Assembly (NCBI GenBank): GCA_963847075.1
Contig: CAWJYL010000001.1
Coordinates: 320,682-384,681 of the forward strand
Origin: an uncultured Acidobacteriota bacterium
GTDB lineage: Bacteria > Acidobacteriota > Thermoanaerobaculia > UBA5066 > Gp7-AA6
Length of the DNA: 64,000 nucleotides
Direction: 5' to 3'
The first letter of the stretch is position 1. Each line of letters opens with the position of its first letter. The translations under genes were made by a program, and so were the position numbers. The notes under the pieces were generated by a model. It was given only the letters and a program-made list of their open reading frames with translations. It did no database searches and had not been told where the DNA came from. This document shows positions 18,061-27,620 of this stretch, in pieces.

Positions 18061-18417
18061 ATGCTCAAGGGATTTCGGGACTTCATCGCCCGCGGCAACG
18101 TGCTCGATCTTGCGGTCGGCGTCATCATCGGTGCAGCCTTCGGGGCGATCGTGGATTCGCTCGTCAAGGACCTGATCACGCCGATCATCGGCATGGCTGG
18201 CGGCACGCCGGATTTCTCCTCCTTGAAGCTCGGACCGATCGCGATCGGCAACTTCATCAACGCGGTCCTTGCCTTCCTCATCAAGGCGGCCGGCCTCTAT
18301 TTCCTGATCATCATGCCCTTCAACCGATTCGCCTCGAAGCTCGCCGCCGCTCCGGCGCCGCCGTCTCCCTCGGAGTCCTACCTGAGAGAGATTCGGGACT
18401 CCCTCGCAAAGAGGTAG
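18061..18417 (+). CDS. mscL: Large-conductance mechanosensitive channel
   Basis: 118 aa: MLKGFRDFIARGNVLDLAVGVIIGAAFGAIVDSLVKDLITPIIG...FINAVLAFLIKAAGLYFLII, the MscL signature. GGGAGG RBS 7 nt upstream. Confidence 0.9.
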   Translation: MLKGFRDFIARGNVLDLAVGVIIGAAFGAIVDSLVKDLITPIIGMAGGTPDFSSLKLGPIAIGNFINAVLAFLIKAAGLYFLIIMPFNRFASKLAAAPAPPSPSESYLREIRDSLAKR

Positions 18418-18418
18418 C

Positions 18419-19180
18419 TTGCGCCGCGCCGGTTTCGCCCTCTGCTGCCTCGCGCTCTCCCTCACGGCCTGCACCGCGGGAAGAAAGCCGACGGCGGGCG
18501 GCCCGCCGCCGAGCCCGACTCCGGCGCCAACGCCGCGCCCGGCACCTTCGCCGGTTCCCCCGCCCGGAGTTTCGGCGCGGCAGATCGCGGGCGGCTGGGG
18601 CCGGACGATCACGGCCGGCGTCTCCTGGAGTGAGGGCATCGAGCTCGCACCGGACGGCCGGCTCGGCTTGCTCGGCATCTCCAGCATGGACGGCGTAGCC
18701 TGGCGGCTCGACGGCGCCACGCTCGTTCTCTCGACGAACACGGAGCGGTATCCGGAGCCCGTCGAGAGCCGGTTCGTCGTGACCGAGCTCTCTCCGAGCC
18801 AGCTCGTTCTGACGGGAACGGACTATCTGGCCGGAGCCTGGGAGCGCCGCGACTTCGCCACCGTGACGGGGACGGTGACCTACCGGCAGCGCATCGCCCT
18901 CACGCCGGAAGCGATCGTCCAGGTCGAGCTGCGCGACGTCTCGCGCCAGGATGTCGAGGCTCCGCTTCTGGCCAAGCGCGTCATCCGCAAGCCGGGCCAG
19001 GTTCCGATTGCATTCGTTCTCGACTACGACCCTGCCGCGCTGGTGCCGGGCCACGCCTGCGCGATCTCCGCCCGCATCGCGGATCGCGGGCAGCTGCAGT
19101 TCGTGACGGACGTGCGGATCCCGGTCGTTACGAACGGGGCCCCGCCTGCCGCGGAGATCGTCGTGGTGCCGGTTCGGTAG
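18419..19180 (+). CDS. Lipoprotein, YbaY-like/META-domain-like
   Basis: TTG start. Lipobox LSLTAC, then a Pro-rich linker (PSPTPAPTPRPAPSPVPPPG). The C-terminal half, VTGTVTYRQRIALTPEAIVQVELRDVSRQDVEAPLLAKRV...IAFVLDYDPAAL, resembles the YbaY lipoprotein family. Confidence 0.6.
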   Translation: MRRAGFALCCLALSLTACTAGRKPTAGGPPPSPTPAPTPRPAPSPVPPPGVSARQIAGGWGRTITAGVSWSEGIELAPDGRLGLLGISSMDGVAWRLDGATLVLSTNTERYPEPVESRFVVTELSPSQLVLTGTDYLAGAWERRDFATVTGTVTYRQRIALTPEAIVQVELRDVSRQDVEAPLLAKRVIRKPGQVPIAFVLDYDPAALVPGHACAISARIADRGQLQFVTDVRIPVVTNGAPPAAEIVVVPVR

Positions 19181-19194
19181 GTCCGGCGCCCGGG

Positions 19195-20538
19195 TCAGCT
19201 CGAGAAACTGATTCCCATCCGGTCGAGCATCTTGAGAAACAGTCCCGGCCGCCCGCCCCGGTCTACCCGCCGCAGGGAGCGCGTCACGACCGAAACGGCA
19301 AGGCGCCGAAAGGGCTCGGGAGGGTAGGGAAACGGTTTCCTCCGCACCATCGAGAGCTCGAGCAGCGGGCTCGGGCGGTCGAGGGCGAGGTGAGCCAGGA
19401 TCTTCCCCGCCACGCGAGTCGATCCCACTCCGTGACCCGTGTAGCCCAGGCCATAGGACAAACACCCCCGGATCGTTCCGAAGAAGGGCGTCAGGCGCGT
19501 CGTCGAGGCGATGGGCCCGCCCCATGCGTACGCGAACTTCAGGCTCGATAGCTGCGGAAAGTGCCGCCGAAAGCTCTCCCGGAGCGCCGCATAGTGCACC
19601 GGCGAATTGTCGCAGGACGAATCGACGCGGTTACCACGATAGTAGGCCGCTTCGCTCGTCCCCCAGAGGATTCGCCCGTCGGCGGTGAGCCTGGAGTAGT
19701 TGAAGAACGTGCGCGCATCCACCACCCCCTGTCTCCCCCTCCAGCCGATCGCGTCATGCTCGGCACTGGTGAGCGGCTCGCTGACCAGGATGTAGTCGTA
19801 CAGGGGGAGGAATCGCCGCGTCAGGCCGGGGAAGAGGTGATGGGAGTACGCGTTGGTCGCGAGGACCACGCGACGCGCCCGCACGGTCCCGGACGCGGCC
19901 TCGACGGCGACTCCGTCCCGCGAGAACGCGAAGCCGCAGACCGCGGTTCTCTCGTGCAGCCGCACACCCAGGCGGATGGCCTGCTCGCGCAGCCCCTCGA
20001 TGAGGCCCACCGGATCGACGAGGGCGCTTCGCGGCGCAAGCAGCCCGCCTCGATACAAAGGGCTCAGGATTTCTGCCCGGGTCTGCGCCCCGGACAGCAT
20101 GCGCCAGCCTGTCGCTCCGACGCGCTCCGCCGCCACGAGTGAAACCTCGAGCGCATCGCGATGAGCCGGCGTCAGCGCCACGAGGAGCTGGCCGGGCCGC
20201 TCCCATCCCGCCTCGATCCCCCTCTCCCGAAGGAACCGCTCCATCTCGTCCAGATTGTCGCGGCCGATCCGGGCGAGCTCCTTCGCCTCGTCGAGCCCGA
20301 AGTGCGCGATGGCGAGATCGTGGGAGTGGTCCACCGTCTCGCCGACGATGCCCGCATTGCGGCCGCTCGCGCCATAGCCCGCGACCGCTTTCTCGAGCAC
20401 GACGACCGACGCCGACGGTTCGAGCTCTTTCAGGAAGATCGCAGTCCAGAGCCCCGTGAAGCCGGCGCCGATGATCGCGAAATCCGCGTCCGCCGTGCCT
20501 GAGAGCGCATCGGCCGGATGCGGCATCCGGGTCGCCAT
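19195..20538 (-). CDS. FAD-dependent oxidoreductase (DAO family; gamma-glutamylputrescine oxidase/PuuB-like)
   Basis: Start taken at MATRMPHP. Dinucleotide-binding DFAIIGAGFTGLWTAIFL...VLEKAVAGYGASGRNAG, with length and C-terminal motifs of the DAO family. The track ORF extends upstream to 20640. Confidence 0.8.
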   Translation of the reverse strand: MATRMPHPADALSGTADADFAIIGAGFTGLWTAIFLKELEPSASVVVLEKAVAGYGASGRNAGIVGETVDHSHDLAIAHFGLDEAKELARIGRDNLDEMERFLRERGIEAGWERPGQLLVALTPAHRDALEVSLVAAERVGATGWRMLSGAQTRAEILSPLYRGGLLAPRSALVDPVGLIEGLREQAIRLGVRLHERTAVCGFAFSRDGVAVEAASGTVRARRVVLATNAYSHHLFPGLTRRFLPLYDYILVSEPLTSAEHDAIGWRGRQGVVDARTFFNYSRLTADGRILWGTSEAAYYRGNRVDSSCDNSPVHYAALRESFRRHFPQLSSLKFAYAWGGPIASTTRLTPFFGTIRGCLSYGLGYTGHGVGSTRVAGKILAHLALDRPSPLLELSMVRRKPFPYPPEPFRRLAVSVVTRSLRRVDRGGRPGLFLKMLDRMGISFSS

Positions 20539-20679
20539 CCAGTAGCAGGACCGCTCGACGGGCGGGAAGTTCCCGTCATCCCGAGGGCCGGAGGTCCGAG
20601 GGATCCCTTCCTGCGCCGGGGTGTGACTGGGTTCGCTCAAAAGGGATCCCTCGCTCCGCTCGGGGTGACGGAAGGACGC

Positions 20680-22029
20680 TTACAGCCGGTGCTCCCTGTA
20701 TACGTCCTGGATCGACGCCTCGAGTGCGGCGAGGAAGCGATCGATCTCCGGGTAACTGATGACGAGCGGAGGCTCGACCCGCAGGACCTGCGCATTGATG
20801 TACGTGCCGGAAATCAGGATGCCGCGGCCGAAGAGCGCCTTGGCGACCGCGTACCCGAGGTCGTGGTTGACGAACTCCATGCCGAGCATGAGTCCCCGGC
20901 CCCGCGCGCCCTGCATGACCTTCGGATACTTTCCCGCCAGAGCATTCATCCGCGGGAGCATGTAGGCGCCCTTCTCTCCCGCTTGCTTCGGCAGATCCTC
21001 CTCGAGCAGGACGTGGATCGTGGCGATCGCGGCGGCGCAGCACACCGGGTTGCCGCCGAAGGTGGTCGTGTGGAGGAACGGGTTGTCGATGTATCTCTCC
21101 CAGGTCTTCGGCGTCCCGACGCAGACCCCGATCGGCATCACGCCGCCGCCGAAACCCTTGCCGAGCGCCATCAGATCCGGCACCACGCCGTCGTGCTCGC
21201 AGCAGAACATCTTCCCGCTGCGCCCCATGCCGCTCTGGACCTCGTCGAAGACGAGCACGGCGCCGTACCTGTCGCAGATCTCGCGCGCCGCGGCGAGGTA
21301 TCCCGGGGGCGCCACGTTGATCCCGCCCTCTCCCTGGATCGGCTCGATGACGACCGCGGCGACTTTGTCCCCGGAGAAGTCGCCGCTCGCGACGATCATC
21401 CGGAGCGCGTCGGCGTCGCCGAAGGGGACGTGAGTCCAGCGCTTGAGCGGCAGGAAGGGCTCGCGGAATACCGCCTTGGAGGTGCCTCCGAGCGATCCGA
21501 GCGACTTGCCGTGAAAGGCGCCGATCGTCCCGACGAAATGGTGCCGTCCGGTCGTCAGGATCGCCATCTTGAGGCAGGCCTCGATCGATTCCGTACCCGA
21601 GTTCGTGAAGAACGAGTACTGGAGATCCCCCGGCGTGATCATCGCCACCAGGCGCGCGAGGTACGTCCGCAGCGGGTCGATCAGCTCCTGGGAGTGGATG
21701 GCCTGCTTGTCCAGCTGCTCCCGGACGGCTTTCAGGACCTTGGGATGCCGGTGCCCGGTGACGTAGATGCCAAAGCCCCCGAGCATGTCGAGAAACTCCT
21801 TACCCTGGACGTCGCGAAAGACCGCCCCCTCGTCGGACCACTCGACGGCCGTGTAATCCGTGCTGACGGACTTGCGGTACTCGAGAAAGGCCGGGTTCAC
21901 GTAGTCGGTCCAGTAGCGGACCGACTCCTCGATGACCCGTTTCTGCTCCGGGGGGGTCAGAGCCTTCTTGCCGATGAGCTCCAGGACGTGCGCGGATTCC
22001 TCGCGCGCGGCCTTCAAGTTCTGGGCCAT
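20680..22029 (-). CDS. patA: Class-III aminotransferase, putrescine aminotransferase (PatA/YgjG)-like
   Basis: Start at MAQNLKAAREE (ATG 22029) with GGAAGGGAGA RBS. FLEYRKSVSTDY..., PLP-lysine region DEVQSGMGRSGKMF, TTFGGNP. About 450 aa. Confidence 0.85.
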   Translation of the reverse strand: MAQNLKAAREESAHVLELIGKKALTPPEQKRVIEESVRYWTDYVNPAFLEYRKSVSTDYTAVEWSDEGAVFRDVQGKEFLDMLGGFGIYVTGHRHPKVLKAVREQLDKQAIHSQELIDPLRTYLARLVAMITPGDLQYSFFTNSGTESIEACLKMAILTTGRHHFVGTIGAFHGKSLGSLGGTSKAVFREPFLPLKRWTHVPFGDADALRMIVASGDFSGDKVAAVVIEPIQGEGGINVAPPGYLAAAREICDRYGAVLVFDEVQSGMGRSGKMFCCEHDGVVPDLMALGKGFGGGVMPIGVCVGTPKTWERYIDNPFLHTTTFGGNPVCCAAAIATIHVLLEEDLPKQAGEKGAYMLPRMNALAGKYPKVMQGARGRGLMLGMEFVNHDLGYAVAKALFGRGILISGTYINAQVLRVEPPLVISYPEIDRFLAALEASIQDVYREHRL

Positions 22030-22186
22030 TGCTGCTGTCTCCCTTCCGCGAAATCGGCGCGATGCTATCACCGCAAAACTCAGTGCCGCAGTGACTTCCG
22101 AGCCGTTGCAGACCCCCTCTGGCGGCCCTTCATGCCCCCGTGGTAGGCTGGCATTTCCTCGTTCAAACCTGCTCGGGTGCTTCATC
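22030..22186. promoter_or_regulatory. Divergent intergenic/promoter region between the patA-like gene (minus strand) and the gabT-like gene (plus strand)
   Basis: 157 bp non-coding between two divergently oriented start codons. No confident promoter motif was identified. Confidence 0.3.
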
Positions 22187-23503
22187 ATGCCCAGTTCGAT
22201 TCGCTTGAAGACCGCTCTCCCCGGGCCGCGCTCCCTCGAGCTGGCGGCGCGGAGAAATCAGGCCGTGCCGAAGGGGGTCGGGCACTCCACCCCCCTGTAC
22301 GCCGAGAGCGCCCGCGGCGCCCTGCTGACCGACGTGGACGGCAATGTCCTGATCGACTTCGCCGGCGGCATCGGAACCCTGAACGCCGGACATGCGAACC
22401 CCGAGGTGCTGGAGGCTGCTGCGGCACAGCTCGCGAAATTCACCCACACCTGCTTCAGCGTGGCCCCATACGAGGGCTACGTGGCGCTCGCCGAGAAGCT
22501 GAACCGGATGACGCCCGGGACCTTTCCCAAGAAGACGCTTCTGACCAACAGCGGCGCCGAGGCCCTGGAGAACGCGGTCAAGATCGCCCGGCACGCTACC
22601 GGACGAGAAGCGGCCGTCGTCTTCGAACACGCCTTCCACGGACGCACGCTGCTCACGATGAGCATGACGAGCAAGGTTCGACCCTACAAGCTGGGGTTTG
22701 GCCCCTTCGCGCCCGAGGTCTACCGTCTGCCTTTCCCCTACGAATATCGCGGCCACTACGCCGGCGCCGCTGCGGCAGCCAGGTCGCTCGACGAGTTCTT
22801 CAAGACGCAGGTCTCGGCCGACAACGTCGCATGCGTCGTCATCGAACTCGTCCTCGGCGAGGGTGGGTTCGTGGTGGCGCCGCCGGAGTACGTGGCCGCT
22901 CTCTCGCGCCTGTGCAAGGAGAACGGCATCCTGCTCGTGGCCGACGAGGTCCAGACCGGGTTCGGGCGCACCGGCAAGATGTTCGCGAGCGAGCACTACG
23001 GACTCGAGCCCGATATCCTGACCATGGCGAAGTCGCTCGGCGCAGGCCTTCCAATCTCCGCCGTGACCGGACGGGCGGAAGTCATGGACAGCGCCCAGGT
23101 GGGCGGCCTCGGCGGAACCTATGCCGGCAACCCGGTCGCGTGCGCGGCGGCGCTCGCGGCCGTGGAATTCATCGAGCGGGAACGGCTGCCGGAGCGGGCC
23201 GCCGCAATCGGCGTCATCGTGGGAGAACGCTTCCGGGCCTTCGTCGAACGGTTCCCCTTCGTGGGTGACGCGCGTGGCATCGGAGCCATGCGCGCCCTCG
23301 AACTCGTGAAGGACAAGGCGGGCAGGGAGCCCGACAAGGACCGCACCGACCGCGTCATCCGCAAGGCGTACGAGAGCGGCCTCGTTCTCGTGGGCGCCGG
23401 AACCTATGGGAACGTCATACGCACCCTCATGCCGCTCGTCATCACCGACGGCGAGCTCCGGGAGGGACTCGATGTGCTCGAACATGCGCTTGCGACGGCC
23501 TAA
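22187..23503 (+). CDS. gabT: 4-aminobutyrate (GABA) aminotransferase, class-III PLP enzyme
   Basis: Start at MPSSIRLKTALPGPRS (ATG 22187). NAGHANPEV, DEVQTGFGRTGKMFA, GGTYAGNPVACAAALA. 438 aa. The upstream part of the track ORF was rejected. Confidence 0.85.
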   Translation: MPSSIRLKTALPGPRSLELAARRNQAVPKGVGHSTPLYAESARGALLTDVDGNVLIDFAGGIGTLNAGHANPEVLEAAAAQLAKFTHTCFSVAPYEGYVALAEKLNRMTPGTFPKKTLLTNSGAEALENAVKIARHATGREAAVVFEHAFHGRTLLTMSMTSKVRPYKLGFGPFAPEVYRLPFPYEYRGHYAGAAAAARSLDEFFKTQVSADNVACVVIELVLGEGGFVVAPPEYVAALSRLCKENGILLVADEVQTGFGRTGKMFASEHYGLEPDILTMAKSLGAGLPISAVTGRAEVMDSAQVGGLGGTYAGNPVACAAALAAVEFIERERLPERAAAIGVIVGERFRAFVERFPFVGDARGIGAMRALELVKDKAGREPDKDRTDRVIRKAYESGLVLVGAGTYGNVIRTLMPLVITDGELREGLDVLEHALATA

Positions 23504-23587
23504 GCACTGGTTCTGCGCGGGAGACTCTTAGCCGCCGCTCCCCGGCGGAAGGCGGGGCTTCATCATTCATGAGAAACGGGGACGCAC

Positions 23588-25000
23588 ATGAGCACTCAGG
23601 AACTCACGACGGGATCTCAGGGGACGCGCATGAACACGCAGGAGCTCATTCAGGAATCGCAAAGGTGGCTCGACATCATCTCGGCAAAGGAGCTTTCGCA
23701 GGAACAAAAGGACAAGATCGCGCACGATACCGTCGATAACTTTTCCTTCTATTACAACCGCGGCTACCTCGAGTACCGCAAGTCGATCATCGAGATGCGC
23801 GACAACCCGGCGCTCGAATGGGCGGGCGAGGGCTCGACGTTCCAGGACCTCGCGGGCCGCACGTACATCGACTGCCTGGGCGGGTACGGCATCTACAGCG
23901 CCGGCATCCGGCACCCGAAGATCCTCAAGGCGGTCGCCGATCAGCTCCAGCGCATGCCGCTGTCCTCCCAGGAGCTGCTCGACCCGCTGCGGGGCGCGCT
24001 CGCCGAGCTACTCGGCGAGATCACGCCGGGCGACCTGCAGTACTCCTTTTTCATCAACAACGGCACCGACGCCGTCGAAGGGGCGATCAAGCTCGCCCGC
24101 ATCTACACGGGGCGCACGAACTTCATCAGCTCGATCCGCGGATTCCACGGGAAGAGCTGCGGGTCGCTGTCCTTGCTCGGAAAGTGGGAGTACCGCGAGC
24201 CCTTTCTTCCGCTCCTGCCCGGCATCCACTTCGTCGAGTTCGGCGACGCGGACTCCGTCATCGAGGAGCTCTACAAGGCCGACGCCACGGGAAAGGGCGT
24301 CGCTGGCGTCATCATGGAGCCCATCCAGGGCGAAGCCGGAGCCATCGTGCCACCGGACGACTTCTGGCCGCGCATCCGCAAGGCCTGCGACGAGTATGGC
24401 GCGCTCCTGATTGCCGACGAGGTCCAGACCGGTCTCGGCCGGACGGGCAAACTGTTCGGCGTGGACCACTGGAACGTCGTGCCCGACATCATGTGCCTCG
24501 GAAAGGCAATCGGCGGCGGCGTGATGCCCCTTTCGGCCTTCATCTCGACACCCAAGATCTGGAGCGTGCTCGAGACGAATCCCTTCATCCACTCCTCGAC
24601 CTTCGGCGGAAATCCGCTCGCGTGCGCGGCAGGCATTGCGGCCATCAACGTGACCCTCGAGGAGGACCTGGCGGGTCAGGCCGCCAGAAAGGGCAAGTCC
24701 CTGCTCGCCCAGCTCATCCGGCTGAAGCTGCGCTTCGACCGGCTGATTCGCCGGGCCGGCGGAAAGGGCTTGCTCCTCGGTATCGAGTTCGTCAACACCG
24801 AGGTCGGCTACAAGGTCGTCTCCGGGCTCTTCCGCCGGGGCGTCCTCGTGGCCGGTACGCTCACGAATTCGAAGGTCGTCCGGATCGAGCCGGCGCTCAA
24901 CATCCCGGACACGCTGATCCAGGAGGTCCTCGGCGCCCTCGAAGAGACGCTCAAGGAGGTCGACGCGTCCACTCCCATCATGAAGGCCGACGAGGAGTGA
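23588..25000 (+). CDS. Second PatA-like class-III aminotransferase (paralog of 20680-22029)
   Basis: 470 aa. YLEYRKSIIEMRD..., DEVQTGLGRTGKLF, STFGGNP. About 55% identity by eye to the other PatA-like protein. Confidence 0.85.
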   Translation: MSTQELTTGSQGTRMNTQELIQESQRWLDIISAKELSQEQKDKIAHDTVDNFSFYYNRGYLEYRKSIIEMRDNPALEWAGEGSTFQDLAGRTYIDCLGGYGIYSAGIRHPKILKAVADQLQRMPLSSQELLDPLRGALAELLGEITPGDLQYSFFINNGTDAVEGAIKLARIYTGRTNFISSIRGFHGKSCGSLSLLGKWEYREPFLPLLPGIHFVEFGDADSVIEELYKADATGKGVAGVIMEPIQGEAGAIVPPDDFWPRIRKACDEYGALLIADEVQTGLGRTGKLFGVDHWNVVPDIMCLGKAIGGGVMPLSAFISTPKIWSVLETNPFIHSSTFGGNPLACAAGIAAINVTLEEDLAGQAARKGKSLLAQLIRLKLRFDRLIRRAGGKGLLLGIEFVNTEVGYKVVSGLFRRGVLVAGTLTNSKVVRIEPALNIPDTLIQEVLGALEETLKEVDASTPIMKADEE

Positions 25001-25043
25001 TGCTCCACTCGGGAGCCGGCGGCCGAACAGCGGGCCGGGCCGT

Positions 25044-26156
25044 ATGAGGATCGCCATCCTCGGCGCTGCGGGCGCCATGGCACAGGTCGTCCTGCGCGAT
25101 CTCCTCGAGTTCGTCCCCGAAGTTTCGGTGACCGCGGCGGATCTGCGGCCGCCGACGGCGCACGACCCGCGCGTACAGCCGGCGACCCTCGACGTTTCCG
25201 ACGAGACGGCGACGGCGCGCCTCCTCGAAGGCCACGACGCGGTCTTGAACTGCGTGACGTACTACTTCAACGTACCCGTGATGCGGGCGGCGCTCGCTGC
25301 CCGTGTTCCGTATGCCGATCTCGGAGGGCTCTACCACGGGACCGTGAAGCAGTTCGGCCTTCACGAGGACTTCGTGCGGGGCGGCGTTCCGGCGCTCCTC
25401 GGCATGGGATCGACCCCCGGAATCACCAACGTCATGGCCGGTGCGCTCGCTCGCGGCCTCGACTACGTGGAGGCGATCCACGTCCGCGTGGGATGCATCG
25501 ACCGGTCCGCATCGGGGCCTCTGCCGATCCCCTATGCCCTCGACACCGTGATCGACGAGTTCGCCCTCCCGCCGATGGTCTTTCGCGACGGAAGAGTCGA
25601 GGCCGTGGCGCCGATGAGCGGCCGCGAGACGATCACTTTCCCTCCTCCCGTGGGGGAGGTCGAGGCCCTCTACACGCTCCACTCCGAGGTTGCCATGTTT
25701 CCGCGCTCTTTTCCCGGACTGCGGCAGGCGAGCTTCAAGGTCGCCTTCGAGCCCGAGTTCACGCGCAAGATGGGCTTCCTCGTCGACCTCGGCTTTGCAT
25801 CGCGCGAGAAGGTGCTCGGCGAGGTGTCTCCGCGGTCCATGCTCCTGGCGCTCGCCGCACGCCAGCCCTCACCTGCGGGCGAACCCGCCGATAGCGACGC
25901 CATTCGGGTGGACCTGCACGGTCGACTCGGCCGTCAGGACGTCGAGCGGAGGGCGGAATTGATCGCGCTTCCCCACCCGGCCTGGAAGATGGCAGCGGGC
26001 TCGGTGGACACGGGTGTCCCGCTGTCCATTGCAGGGCAGCTGCTGGCCAGCCGCACGATCCGCACTCCGGGAGTGCTCTGCCCGGAGACCGCCGTGCCTG
26101 CCGACCTTTTCTTCGAGCTGCTCGAGCGGCGCGGCATGCACGTGCGCTGGAGCTGA
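25044..26156 (+). CDS. Saccharopine dehydrogenase NADP-binding family protein
   Basis: 370 aa. N-terminal Rossmann MRIAILGAAGAMAQVVLRDL, and GMGSTPGITNVMAGAL typical of the Sacchrp_dh family, which includes lysine 6-DH, carboxy(nor)spermidine DH and homospermidine synthase. Confidence 0.75.
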   Translation: MRIAILGAAGAMAQVVLRDLLEFVPEVSVTAADLRPPTAHDPRVQPATLDVSDETATARLLEGHDAVLNCVTYYFNVPVMRAALAARVPYADLGGLYHGTVKQFGLHEDFVRGGVPALLGMGSTPGITNVMAGALARGLDYVEAIHVRVGCIDRSASGPLPIPYALDTVIDEFALPPMVFRDGRVEAVAPMSGRETITFPPPVGEVEALYTLHSEVAMFPRSFPGLRQASFKVAFEPEFTRKMGFLVDLGFASREKVLGEVSPRSMLLALAARQPSPAGEPADSDAIRVDLHGRLGRQDVERRAELIALPHPAWKMAAGSVDTGVPLSIAGQLLASRTIRTPGVLCPETAVPADLFFELLERRGMHVRWS

Positions 26157-26179
26157 CCGGAAGGACGAGAGGGCGACAC

Positions 26180-27544
26180 GTGGCCATCGCATCCATCAAC
26201 CCGACGACCGGCGCGACGCTGGAGATCTTCTCGCCGTTGTCGGAAACCGCTCTCGAGAAGCGGCTGGAACGCGCAGCGCGAGAATTCCCGCGCTGGCGCG
26301 CGGTTCCCTTTTCCGAGCGCGCCATGCGCCTGGTCCGCACTGCCGAAATCCTGGAGACCGAGAAGTCCGCCTGGGGCCGGATCATGACGCTCGAGATGGG
26401 AAAGCCCATCGGATCCGCGATTGCCGAGGCTGAAAAGTGTGCGTGGGCCTGCCGCTACTACGCCGAAAACGCGGAACGTTTTCTCGCCGAGGAGCCCGTG
26501 GCGACCGATGCCTCCGCGAGCGCGATCCGTTACGACCCTCTCGGTCCGATCCTCGCCGTGATGCCGTGGAACTTTCCGTTCTGGCAGGTCTTTCGCTTCG
26601 CCGCTCCGGCGCTGATGGCCGGCAACGTCGGCCTCCTGAAGCACGCATCCAACGTCCCGCGCTGCGCCCTGGCGATCGAGGAGATCCTGCGACGTTCGGG
26701 GGTTCCCGAGGGAGCGTTCCAGACGCTCCTCGTTGGCTCCGAGCGGGTCGCGAGGCTCATCGAGGACCCGCGTATCGCGGCCGTGACTCTCACGGGCAGC
26801 GAGGGCGCCGGCGTGAGTGTCGGCCGCACGGCGGGGGCAGCGCTCAAGAAGACGGTCCTCGAGCTCGGCGGCAGCGACCCGTTCATCGTCATGCCGAGCG
26901 CGGACGTCGAGGCCGCCGCCATCACCGCCGTCAGGGCTCGCACGATCAACAACGGGCAGTCCTGCATCGCAGCCAAGCGCTTCATCGTCCATCGCGACGT
27001 CGCCGTTGCGTTCGAGCGGCGCTTCGTGGAACGCATGCAGGCCCTCAAGGTGGGTGACCCGCTCGATCCGTCGGTCGAGATCGGGCCCCTGGCCACCCCG
27101 GCAATCGCGGCCGAGGTCGACGACATCGTGCGCCGCAGCGTGGCCGCAGGCGCGCGGCTCCTCCTCGGGGGAAACCGCCTGGCCGGCCCGGGCAACTTCT
27201 ATGCCCCCACGGTCCTCGCAGACGTCCCCCCCGACAGCCCGGCCGCCGCCGAGGAGATCTTCGGCCCTGTGGCGAGCCTCTTTCGGGTCGCGAACCTCGA
27301 CGAGGCCATCGCCCTTGCCAACCAGACGCGTTTTGGTCTCGGCGCGTCGGCCTGGACGGGCGACCCCGCCGAGCGCAATCGCCTCGTCCGGGAGATCGAG
27401 GCCGGCGCCGTCTTCATCAACGGCATGGTCAAGAGCGACCCGAGGCTTCCTTTCGGAGGCATCAAGAAGTCCGGCTACGGCCGCGAGCTCGCCCTCCAGG
27501 GAATCCGCGAGTTCGTCAACGTCAAGAGCGTCTGGATAGCATAG
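26180..27544 (+). CDS. gabD: NAD(P)-dependent succinate-semialdehyde dehydrogenase-like aldehyde dehydrogenase
   Basis: GTG start. 454 aa. ALDH motifs LELGGSDPFIV (the catalytic-Glu motif ELGG), catalytic-Cys region GQSCIAAKR, and C-terminal EEIFGPV. Confidence 0.8.
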   Translation: MAIASINPTTGATLEIFSPLSETALEKRLERAAREFPRWRAVPFSERAMRLVRTAEILETEKSAWGRIMTLEMGKPIGSAIAEAEKCAWACRYYAENAERFLAEEPVATDASASAIRYDPLGPILAVMPWNFPFWQVFRFAAPALMAGNVGLLKHASNVPRCALAIEEILRRSGVPEGAFQTLLVGSERVARLIEDPRIAAVTLTGSEGAGVSVGRTAGAALKKTVLELGGSDPFIVMPSADVEAAAITAVRARTINNGQSCIAAKRFIVHRDVAVAFERRFVERMQALKVGDPLDPSVEIGPLATPAIAAEVDDIVRRSVAAGARLLLGGNRLAGPGNFYAPTVLADVPPDSPAAAEEIFGPVASLFRVANLDEAIALANQTRFGLGASAWTGDPAERNRLVREIEAGAVFINGMVKSDPRLPFGGIKKSGYGRELALQGIREFVNVKSVWIA

Positions 27545-27620
27545 AGACACGGGTCGTTCCGAAGAGCGCCCGATCCCCTGTCATCCCGAGGAGCCCTTCG
27601 ACTGCGCTCGGGCCCGCCGG

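Noticed and set aside
15387-18284. 965-aa minus-strand ORF antisense to the large secreted-protein gene and mscL
   Set aside because: Arg/Gly/Pro low-complexity translation. The sense strand encodes a signal-peptide protein and a canonical MscL.
22030-22186. Possible sigma-54 -24/-12 element (TGGCATttcctcGTTCA) in the patA/gabT divergent region
   Set aside because: The GG-to-GC spacing does not fit the TGGCAC-N5-TTGC consensus. No enhancer-binding-protein gene is nearby.
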